Assembly (NCBI GenBank): GCA_021613535.1
Contig: CP075496.1
Coordinates: forward strand, 5,146,001 to 5,210,000
Reading direction: 5' to 3'
From: Adineta vaga
Taxonomy: Eukaryota > Animalia > Rotifera
Length of the DNA: 64,000 bases
Shown here: positions 30,075-41,755 of the stretch, in pieces
How positions within the stretch are numbered: the stretch's first letter is position 1
Layout: every line of letters begins with the position of its first letter
Position numbers and translations under genes: made by a program
Notes under the pieces: generated by a model
Told to the model about the DNA's origin: nothing
What the model saw: the letters and a program-made list of their open reading frames with translations, nothing else
Databases searched by the model: none

Positions 30075-32146
30075 TGTGATTTCTCTGTGCTTTTAATTAA
30101 ACAATGATGCCAGTTGAAGAATACATCTAGAAATTTAAAAGAAAAACGAAAGAAACTTACTTCTAACCTTTTGAAGATAGTATATCAATCAATATAGATA
30201 CGAACGTATCTACTTGATGAAAACGAATATTAGTTAGATATTGAATGAACAAAAGAAGACAGGTGAAAAGACGTCTGATAGGCACATGCCTGTATATATA
30301 TATATGTATATTTATATGTTGTATTGTTTAGTAAAAGTGATTGAACATTATATTCATATGTGTTAATTGCCTTGTTTAATCGAGCGAATGAAGAAATGAT
30401 AGATAAACTTCTACTGATGTTCTTCTTTCCTTGGAAGAAAACAAAAAAGAAATTCTCTAAGCCTTTGCAAAATACGCGCAAAGGGGGCGTATGTATGTTA
30501 ACAAAATTAAATAGGTTAAGAAACAAATCGAAAAACGTACAAAGTTAATTTGATTGACCGGTAACAAACATAAGACAGTTGGTTTGTCGTTCTTCTCCTT
30601 TTTTTTCTTCTCTATCTGTGTCTTCTATCTAACGTATTCAATCAATGCCATAAATAGTACAATAATACGTACGATAAAGAAGTCGAATGATAAAACTAAC
30701 AAGTCTACCGATTGTATGGTGAAATCTCGTTATGATGATTGAAATAAAGAAGACGAGCGAGAGAACAAAAACGTATACGACAAGATAAACTAGATCGAAT
30801 TAGAAAAATAATATAAATAATAAAAGAACAGTAGTGTAACCTCTTTTGTCTGAGATTAAACAAGATAACAAAACAGTCGAATAGCTCGGATTTCTGTTCT
30901 TGTTGTCTTGTATATTTGTTATTGACGAATAACTCGTTAGAAATCGGATAGAAGATGCAAGAGAAAGAGTAACAAACATAACGACAACGCATCTTTCTTC
31001 CAAAGAGAAAAAAAAATATACGAAGAGAGAAGAATTAAGATGATCTTTGGTATTGCAGATGTTCGATCTGTATGTGTACTTAGACTAGTAAGACGCGTCG
31101 ACACTGCATAAAGCTTTCTTCCTTCGAACGGCAACGACAGACTTGTATACCTATGTGTCTAGATGTCTGCTCATATTCTAATCTTTTCCTTCTCTCGTCG
31201 CGTTGTTCTCTTTCTTTCTCGCTTTATTTTCTTACGGTTTCCTGTAGTACATATACACATATACATATACATGCAGCACAACATCATTAGAAGAATAAGA
31301 CCGATAAATAAAGAAATGAGAGAATGCAAAAAATAACTTGGGATATGTAAGACGCACCACAATGATAAATCGTCCATATAGACAGAGAGAGAGAGAGAGA
31401 GGAGGTAAATGATCTCTTGTTGAAGATTCTCTCTTTCCTCTCTTTTATTCGTTTGTGTCGATACAATCTCTTATCTTTTATCTGCTATTTTCCTTCCCTC
31501 CTTATTTTGTCTCTAACAAGACAAGTGATGATATAAAACAGGGAATCAATGATAAATTGATAAACTTAAAAGTTTTGTTTTCTTTTTCAAAGAAGAAAAT
31601 GTGAATATACTCAAAAAGAAATCAATCATTCAACAGAATAGTAAAAAACAAATTGAAAAGTCAGATAACTTTATCTATATACTTCTAGACAATAAGAAAA
31701 AGAAAAAGAAAAAGAATATGATATCTCATTCTCCCTCTTCAACAATAATCGACAAACAGTAGCAAGATGTTCTATCACCCACAAGATATAAGTCAGCTAG
31801 CTAATTTGTTTGTATTGTATATGTCTGTTGGGGCAGAGGTGGAGCCATTTTCTGATTGGTATTTCATAAAGTATTCTATCAAAAAAGAATTCTCTACTCA
31901 ACTCTTGTTCATGTTCATTTATTGATTTGAAAAAATAATTAAACAATACATGACACTTTGACATTCCAAGAAAACAATTTTTCCTTAGTCTAAAGTTAAA
32001 TTATTTCGAAAAAAATTTCATAGTGAAACAAGTGAATTCTCATTCTTTTTTCGAATTCGAATGTGTCAAATTTCTTGGTTTCTAAAACAAACATAAACTC
32101 TAAATAAAGATATTGATTTTTTTTTCACTTTAGTATAAGTCACTCA

Positions 32147-33298
32147 ATGCATTCTCGAGCTTATTTACTGATAAAACGTGATTTATATTTATTGGAAAAC
32201 AGTTCAGTCAATGGAATCGAAATTAAACCAATTAATGATAATAATTATTTTGATCTGACTTTAATTTTCCGTCCGATAAAACATTCCATGTGGGATGGTT
32301 GTCTCTTTCGAATCTATTGTTCATTTTATGATACATATAATATTCAACCACCTATTTTACAATTCGACCCGATGAATATTCCATACCATCCAAATGTTGA
32401 TCCAATAACAGGTCGAATTAGTTTGATCACAAGTGAAAAATGGAATCCAAATTTTACATTGAAAATGTTATTTGATGAATTAGTTAGTATATTTATTACA
32501 CCAAATGAAAACATAATGATCAATTCAGATGCTATGCGTATGTTGAAATATCGTTTAAATGACTATCGAAATTTAATCGATGAAACTATTGAAAAAAGTC
32601 GACAATTCATAGAAATACTAAATGAAGATAAAACAAGTATTAGTCAAACGCAAATTAGTTTACCAAAAGAAAAAGATTGTAATGAAATTAAAAGAATATC
32701 GTCATAAATTCTTGTTACTTCTTTTTTTTTCCTATAGTAATTGATCGAGCACGTTTACATACACCACAAGTAGGTGCACGACGACAACAACAACAACCAA
32801 ATTCATCAAAAAATCAACGAATCTCATTTGAAGATTATCTCATGACATGGAAAGGTATTGCAACATCAAAAGCTACATTAAAAGAAGAAAATCCGTTACT
32901 TAAACAATTAAGTTTACAACCAAAATTACACGCACAACATCTTGCTTTGAATGCTAATGAACTTGGTAAGATTTTTGTTGGAATACAATTCATCAAATTT
33001 ATCGATTCACTTTTTAGCACAACAACTTGATGATCGAGCGCTTCAATTTGAACGTCTCAAATATGGACAACTATCAAACCAAGAACATAGACGAAAAATT
33101 GTTCCTCACTCACAGATGAGTCTTCAAGGAAATGATCAACAACGTCATGTTGTAACTCAAGCAAACAGTAGTCTTGATCTTATAACAAACTCAGAAAGAC
33201 AAAATGATAATCAAATACAAAATGAAGAAGTTGATGAATTAATCGAATGGACACAGAATCTTCCAACTACTGCCGAAGAAATAAACGAAAATCATTGA
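32147..33298 (+). CDS. UBE2U-like ubiquitin-conjugating enzyme fold protein (catalytic Cys position reads Ser)
   Basis: UBC fold WDGCLFRI...YNIQPP...IPYHPNVDPITGRISL...WNP, with the downstream motif SFEDYLMTWKGIATSK. Three exons. Confidence 0.75.
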
Positions 33299-34393
33299 TT
33301 TGATTTTTACATCATATCTTATTCTTTCCTTCCGTTTTTTTTTGTATACAAGTATTTGAGTAAATCTTTTTTTTTCTACATTACCATGGCAACGAATGAG
33401 AATTCAACAGTATGAATAAACAATAACGAGCATCAATGATGCTACTTTACGTTCAAATAGTAAACGACGAACGATTGAATGTAATAACGGACATTGAACT
33501 TTGTATTTCATTAAATATTGTTGTACAATTATCATCTATTTATAATGATGAAAATAATTTGACTGATTATGAGAGATTATAAGTAAAAGTCTACAATCGA
33601 TTTTGAATATTAAAGAACTTTCATTATAGAAATTGATATTGATGTTATAGTTTTAAACATTTAAGTAGATCTATATTTCCATTGTTTCATCATACACAAA
33701 ATGAACTAATATAGATATGTTTAATTTGTATTGAAATTCGTTCGTTAATTAAAACTAATTCAAACACTTTTTATTCGACGTTATTTTTCTTTCCTTGATT
33801 AATACGATCAAAGCTGATCGAAGAAGGATTATAAAACATAATCTATAAATACGATCGCTTCATTCCTTGTTTACATATGGCTTATTCAGTTCTTTCATCT
33901 CGATACAACTTCATAGTATCGAAGAAGCAGCTTGTCCTAAGAGAATATCTATGTATATACAAAAGAATTTACTGCTGTTATTGCTCTATTGATAGTAATT
34001 TACGAAAGTAATGATTGATAAAAGTTTATGGCAATAGAACGCCATCTATATATTCATGCATCTATTTTGTAGTATACCAACGAACTATAATCGTCGATTT
34101 TCATTTTGCTTTCTGTGTGGTTGTTTCTGAAGTACAGGATTTATACTTATACTACATTACATGTAAAAAAATTTCTTTTATCAAATCTTTTTATAGAAAA
34201 AACTGCTTTGTAATCATATAGATTGACATTCAATAATTCTCATTTATTCCCAATGTCATAGTAGAAGTCTTTCAGTTGAAAATGATCACTGGGAAAAAAA
34301 ATTGCCTTTCAAAACAAAGCATCATAATAATCGTAAAATTTGGAGAAATATATCGAATGTTGATGTCAACTATATGTTTTCTTTTCGCTCCAG

Positions 34394-36768
34394 ATGTTTG
34401 TGTTATCAATATTATCTAAACGTTACTCGATAGGTTCTTCATCATTTCAATTTCAGAAATATCATTCTAGCTCAAAAAGAATGGACGCAATCAAAACAAT
34501 TATAACAACAATAGTCGGTGGTGATAATGATACGAATCCATCGACAGCATCAAATGAACAAATTCGTCATCAATTATGTAAAATTGATGAATTACAAAAT
34601 GGACAAATGAAAGAATTTGAAGTGAAAACTTCACTCGTCAATACAAGTGTTCTACTTATTAAACAAGATGATAAATTTCATGCATATTCAAGCAAATGTT
34701 GCCATTACAAATTACCATTAGCGAAAGGTTCAAACGAAATATTTATTTTTATTTCTATGTCTATGTTTTAAATTGAATAGGTGTTTTAATCAATAATCGT
34801 CTTCGTTGTTTTGCACATGGTGCATGTTTTCGTGTCGATACAGGTGATATTGAAGATCATCCTGGTCATGGAAATTTACCAAGTATCGTATAAACGATGA
34901 TTGATAGTATATATATAACTTAGAAATGTTTCTTTTATAACTTAGAATATGATGTGGAAATTGTTGATGGACAAGTTATTTTGATTGGAAATAAACAAGA
35001 TCTTGAGAAAGTGGAACGTTCAAAAATACCTGATAATCTTGAAGTTGACGCTAAACCAGTTGTAGCTATTGTGGGTGCTGGAGCAGGTAATTACCTCTAT
35101 AAAATACACGTACCGTTTGTTAACATTCAAGCACTCTGATTGCTTTAAATATGAAATTTGTCTCTAACAAGTTTTCTTATTACAGGTGGATTTACATGTG
35201 CTGATATGCTTCGTCAAAATGGTTTTCGTGGTCGTATATTACTATTTACACGTGAAGGAACTTTACCATACGATCGTGTAAGTTATTTAATTTACATTAT
35301 CTTTCGAAAGAAAACATATTCAATGACTATTTAGGTACAATTATCAAAACAACCATTGAAAAAAGCTCAAGATTTACTTCTTCGTGATCAAACATATTTT
35401 AAGAAAGCTAAAATTGATTTAATACTTGATACAGATGTAACAAATATTAATTGGAGTACGAAAAATTTAACTTATCATACACTTGGTAAACAGATGAAAT
35501 CTGAACCATATGATTATCTTGTATTAGCAACTGGTTTACGATCACGAAAATTACCTTCATCAATACGTGGAGGTGATCTTCGAAGCGTTTTCTATGTACG
35601 ATCTATGGCAGATGCAAATAATTTAGTTAGTAAGTTTTCAAATTGCACAATATATTTTTCGATCATTGTATTGATTAGATAAAGTAAAATCACCTGAAAC
35701 GAAAAATATTGTTATTATTGGTGATTCATTCATTGCATTGGAATTATGTGGATGGTTGACAACAGGTTTAGCAGGTCCGGATGGTAAACAAGACGAAGCA
35801 GACAAGAAAAATGTATCGGTCGTTATGCTTTTGAAAGCTCCTATGATTCGTAAATATTGATTTGATGCTAAATCAAAAAGAAAATTTATGATGCTTTTTT
35901 TAGGTATATTTGGTGAGAAAATTGCCTGTGCATTACAAAAAGTTCATGAAAAAAATGGAGCTAAATTTTATTCCGAAGCCAATGTTACTGAATTGACTGT
36001 GAGTTGAATTTGAATTGAATTGATTGCTTGATTAATCGTATTCGAAATATATAGGGTGAGAATGATATTGCTAAGTTTGTGCAATTAGCTACAGGTGAAT
36101 CAATTCCCTGTGATATGGTCATTGTTGCAATTGGCAGTGAAACATGTACAGAATTATATAAAGATTCACCTATCGAAATGAGTGAAGATCATTTTATTAA
36201 AGTCAATGATCGTTTAGAAACATCAGTCGAACATGTTCTAGCTGTTGGAGACATAAGTAAACATCCATTGAAAGTATTTAATTTAAATGAAGTCAATTGT
36301 CAACATTGGCAAATGGCATGTTCGACCGGTCATCAAGCTGGTAAGAAATTGATTTGAATAAATTAAATATCTGTATTTTATTTTCCTCTTTCCAATTAAG
36401 CGGATACAATTTTACATCATTATCTCGGTCAAACTAAAGGCGGTTCGCGTCCATTAAAAACTGATCTTTATACAGTTCCAATCTACTGGACAACACAAAA
36501 TAATAAAACTACTATTCGTTATGCTGGTTATACTCGTGATCCCGAAAATGTTGTTATACACGGTGATCTTGATGGAGAATTCAAATTCGTTGCTTATTAT
36601 ATTGTTGATGGTTATGTTCGAGCAGTTGCACAATCAAAATATGATCCATTATCAAGTGAAGTTGCTGAAGTATTTCATCATCGACGTAATATTCGTAAAG
36701 AAGATATTGAGAACGATATGTATGGTTATCGAAAATATTTGGATTTTAAAACCAAAAAACCAGAATAA
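34394..36768 (+). CDS. AIFM3: Apoptosis-inducing factor 3-like (Rieske 2Fe-2S + FAD/NAD oxidoreductase + reductase C-terminus)
   Basis: Rieske ligands CCHYKLPLAKG / RCFAHGACF, then IVGAGAGG, LPYDR, YDYLVLATG, VIIGDSFIALE, AVGDI, HWQMA, VPIYWT and IRYAGY. Confidence 0.92.
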
Positions 36769-36872
36769 ACATTGCTGTAGTCTTTTTTCTTTTATAAAAT
36801 TTAAAACTTAGCAATATAGTTTTTTTTTATCTATTTATGTCAGCTGCAATCATATTTAACCTTTCTTTTTAG

Positions 36873-39800
36873 ATGAATGATTCATCTGCTTTCTATGCCA
36901 TAATACAATGTCGAAAATGTGAACGACGTTTAAATAAACCTCTCGAATTAAAATGTGGACATCTGATCTGTCGGGATTGTCTGGAAAGTAAAGTGAATAT
37001 ATATATATATATAAATGTTCTATTTCACACTGTTTTTCTTTTCTGTTTAGCTATTCTTCGAAATCATCGTACTACTGCTGAATGTCCAACTTGTAAAGAA
37101 GTTCTAGGTGATTATCAGATTGAAAATTATACATATTTATCAACGAAACATAATGTATCACGTCTTATATTGTCATTTTCTGATGTTAATCTATGTGAAA
37201 CATGTAAACAATTTACCACAGTAGAAGAATGTCCACAATGTTCAAAAGATCAATGCGATTCATGTGCTGAAAAGCATGCAGAAACACATCGTCAACCAGA
37301 AAAACATTCAATAGAAAATGCTGTTCATTTTTCTGACGAAGAAAAACGTATTCTTGAATCGATAGAAAAATCTCTTACTAAAAACGAATATGAAGATTTT
37401 GTTCATACAGCAAAAGTTTATTTGAATTATGCAATATCAAAAAGCAATGGAATTAACTCATCTATAGGAATAGCTGAATCAAAGTTAATTACTGAAGAGA
37501 AATCTATTCTACCTATCAAACCAATACCGTATGATTGGTCAAAACATGAAAAATTCGATGCAGATGATATTCTCAATAGTAAACCAGAACGAGTGAAACA
37601 ATTGTTGCGTTTGAATTTTACTCCTCGACCATATCAAATACGAATGATTCGAGCTGGTTTGAAAAAACAAAATTCACTTGTTTGTCTACAAACTGGTGCT
37701 GGAAAAACATTTGTAAGTAGTTTTATTTTCGTTCAATCGTGTCTCAAGTTAATCATATGATGTAAAACAACTCTCATTATTTACCTGTCCATCCGTTAAC
37801 TTCATATACTTATGATTATTCTTTCGCGCTGATTCTAATTGATAGTATCTTTGTTAGGTTGCTGGTATGGTTGCTAAATTTTTCCATATACTTTCATTAC
37901 AAAACATCAGTAACTCATCTAGAACGTCCTCGAATTCAGGAAGAAGATTCAAAGCTGTTTTTCTTGTACCAATTAAAGCCTTAGTTGATCAACAATACAG
38001 CGCATTTCAAAAAGTGTTTATCGATGAACCTGATTCAATCCTAAAGACCATCGAAAATCAAGTTGGAGAACGGTAAAGAATAATATTGACCTTAAACATA
38101 TTCAAAAATTGCTTTTTCCATATATTTATTCGTATTTAGATTCGAAAGTTTTTATCAAAATTTTGATATTTTCTTCTTTACCGTCCAAAAATTTGCAAAT
38201 TTTGTTGAGGCAAAACATGCCGATTTAGCAAAATTTGATTTAATTATGATAGATGGTAAGGTTCAATAGATAGATAAAACAATCTTTCGAAATTTTCTGA
38301 CTATTTCACTTAAGAATGTCATCATTGTTATGATAATCATCCTGTCAATTCTATGATGCGTCAATATCATCGATTGAAATCATCTGGTTATACTGTACCA
38401 CAAATAATTGCTTTGTAATGAAATAATTGATTTATTTTAATTCATACAATCGATTTCATTTGTTGTTTATAGAACAGCAAGTGTTGGCACGAATAAAAAG
38501 AATGCATTCGATCATCTTGTTCATCTCTGTGCTAATCTTGATTGTTTTGATATCTGTGCTATTAAGAAAGGTGTCGAACAAGAAGAACTTCAAAATTCAA
38601 CAAATACACCATTAGCTGATACAATTATCACAGTGCCAAAAGAAGAGAATGATCCAATTGTTCGATTACTCCAAGATGATGTTATGAAAAGCATTGCGCA
38701 TCGTCTTGCTCTAGATATATCAGCGATGACTAATGAAAAATTAGAAAATTTCCTTGTTATAGCATATACGAATGCTTGTAAAACGAATGATCGTGATGGT
38801 ATTATTGGTTGCGACTATCTACGAAAATTAAATGTATGATATGAATAAGAATATTTTTAATATTTTATTGATTGATTTGATTACATATTTATTTAGCGTT
38901 TTCTTCTCTTCTACAATGATTTACCACTTGAGCAATGTATGGAAAGACTAGAAGAAGTTTTACAAGATTGTTCACCGAGTAATCCAACAGCATTTCAAGC
39001 TTTTTGTCAGAAAAAATTAAACGAACTTCATGCTCATGTTGCAAAACAGATATCACTTAATGCTCCACCTAAGCTTAAATTACAAAAACTAGTTGAAGTA
39101 CTTATTAGTTTGCATGCTCCTAATTGTCGAGGTAAGATTATGAATGAATCTTTCTCAATTTCTTTTTTTTAACTAATTGAGAAGATTCAAATGAAATGTG
39201 ATATTTATTGATTAAACAATATGAGTATCTTTAAGGTTTGGTCCTGGTTCGTACTAAATTTCATACTGTGGCCTTAGAAAAATTTCTCAATGAACATCCG
39301 CAAATGCGCAAACGTCAAATATCTGTGGGACATCTGACTGGACAAGGTTCAGCAGACGATCTTTGTTTACCAGGTACTCAACAAGCAACAGTTTTGAATG
39401 AATTTCGAAAAGGTACTAAAAGTTTACTCGTTGCTACTGGTAAGTTAATAAAAATCTATTGATGAAGAGCTTGATATATATATATATATATATATATAAA
39501 TATTTGTGTAGATGTTGCTCAAGAAGGATTGGATGTAGCAGAATGTTCATATGTTGTTCGATATGAATTTGTATCGAATGAAATTGGTACAGTTCAAAGT
39601 CGAGGACGAGCTCGAGCTGCTCAAAGTAAATGTTTCCTATTGACAGAAGCACGTAAGCGTTTTGATGTGATAGGTTTTAATAATTATGAATCAAAATTTT
39701 TTGTTCTATAAAAGAATCACTGAATAGTCAACGTGAACGCGATAATCGTCAACGAGAAGATGAAATGAAAGCCGCTATCGATGAATGGTATAAACGAGGA

Positions 39801-40350
39801 ATTTTAGAATTTCGAATACTCGTGGAGAAAAAACAAGTACAATCTAAATATGCATTTGTTTTCATTATATTTTTGTTCATATTTTTAGACAGAAATCATC
39901 GAGGAATTATGCAAGAATGATACTCAATCGCCAATAACACCAGATAATAAATCACAAAATAATCAAGCAACTGCAAGAGAAATTCGTTGTCGTTTTTGTG
40001 ATAAATATCTATGTAATGGTTCAAGTTTAAGATATCAAGGCACTACTGTTATTTGTAAAGATCCAGCATTTGAACAACTAGTGAACCTACCAAAATCTCC
40101 TGGAGGTAATTGTGTTTTTATGGTTCAAAAGTCTTGCTTTTGTTTTTAAACTTCAACTTGAACTTTAGCGAAATTTGTCTGTCCAAATCCAACATGTCAA
40201 CGAGAACTTGGTGGCGTTATTTTATTATCACGTAATGATCCGGCATATGCATTACAAATAACTGCATTGAAATTTATCGCTAATCAATCAAAAGAACCGT
40301 GTCTGTACAAAAAATGGAGTCAATATCAAGGTTATATAAAACCCTTATAG
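36873..40350 (+). CDS. RIG-I-like (RLR/DRH) DExD/H RNA helicase with N-terminal C3HC4 RING and B-box-like zinc finger and a C-terminal RIG-I CTD
   Basis: Helicase motifs PRPYQ, QTGAGKT, FLVPIKALVDQQ, TVQKF, IDECHH, LTASVG...LCANLD, LVATDVAQEGLDV and QSRGRARA. The CTD reads CRFC...CPNPTCQRELG...YKKW. The N-terminal zinc fingers lie in the same ORF as Walker A. Confidence 0.9.
39474..39497. repeat. (TA)n microsatellite in a helicase intron. Similar short tracts occur at ~23982-24001 (TA), ~47173-47192 (TA), ~22924-22940 (GT) and ~31384-31401 (GA)
   Basis: Read directly from the sequence. Confidence 0.8.
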
Positions 40351-41755
40351 TTTCGTTTTTTATATATTTAGATAGTATAAAAATTAAGAAAAAACAATTA
40401 TTTTGTTAATAATAAATATTTATAATATATTTAAGAACTTTTAAGATCACGCGAAGTTTTGTATGATGTCTTTAATTATTTAAAATGAGCAATTAATAGT
40501 TTTCATATTTCAAAAAAATACAAAAGATTTACTAATCATCATCAAGAAATGACGTTTTTTACTCCACTGAATACATATCTATTTCTTATAAGTAAAAGTT
40601 TAATTGTCTTTCTATGAAGGAGTCAGAGGATGTCAGAAATAAAACATGAGTCAAGTAAGTTATAACACATGATTCGAATACATTGCATCTATTCGTAAAT
40701 GTAGGATGCAATTTTGAAATATTACGAAGTGCATATTTCGATCATCAACTAAACACATGATTAAATATATATACAACGCAAAAAGACGAAAATAAATGGA
40801 GAGAGTACAATATGATTCATATTTATTTTGTAAAACGCACTTTTAAATAGTAACTTATTGTTCGTAACGTTGAAAAACAAATACAATAAGTTAATCATAA
40901 AGATACGTCACGCCATACCGAAAATACTTAGTCATTCTCAAACAAACTTACAGAAGGTATGTTTAAGAAGATGTCAATGTTTGTAAAAACGCAAGCGATT
41001 TTGTTTTGTAATTAGTCATTCATTCGAAAGTATCTTATTCACTGATTGATAAGTATACATATGTATATTGACAGAAAAATCGGAAAAAGAATCTTTTTGT
41101 TTTTAATTCAATTGTATCTACCCAGCAGTGACATCTTTCGTTTGAATTCTAAAAAGGATTTTTTACCTATTTAAGAACATTCTTTATTATCGATTTAAGC
41201 AATAGAAACGTATTTAACAATTAATTACTTCATATATTGTGAGATAATTATAAAACATCATTGAAATCCGTTCGAAGGTCCAATATACATCTCATGGCGG
41301 TCGATTACACAAAGACCGTACGAAAAGCACGCGTTATGTTTCTATTGATATGTTGATTATTTACGATTTTTTGCCCATTGATTATTATTCTTTATTCGTT
41401 TGTATTTTGTAAAAGGACATTGTCGCGTGTGGTCACCGTCGTCATCAATCCTGTTTTCTATTGTTCATAGTGTACATAGGCCTTGTCTATCTATTCCCGT
41501 TTCGTGTCTTGATTTATTTCGACGTTTTGTACCTATGTAAAAAGAAAAAACTGAAAAGCGACCATTCAACATTGATTAATTTCAACTAGCAAACCCCGGC
41601 TGATTATTTTCAACGTTTTTCTATTTTTGATCAAGCAGTGTTCTCTTTGTTCAATACTTTCTATATAAATATAGTAAGTTATATTTGCTTAAAATAAGAT
41701 TTTTTTATCAATTTTATCCTTTTTGCGTAGTTATTTCTATATACTTATATTTCCT

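Noticed and set aside
33380-33393. X-box-like ATTACCATGGCAAC
   Set aside because: It lies just 3' of the UBE2U-like stop and ~1 kb from the next ATG, so no target promoter could be assigned.
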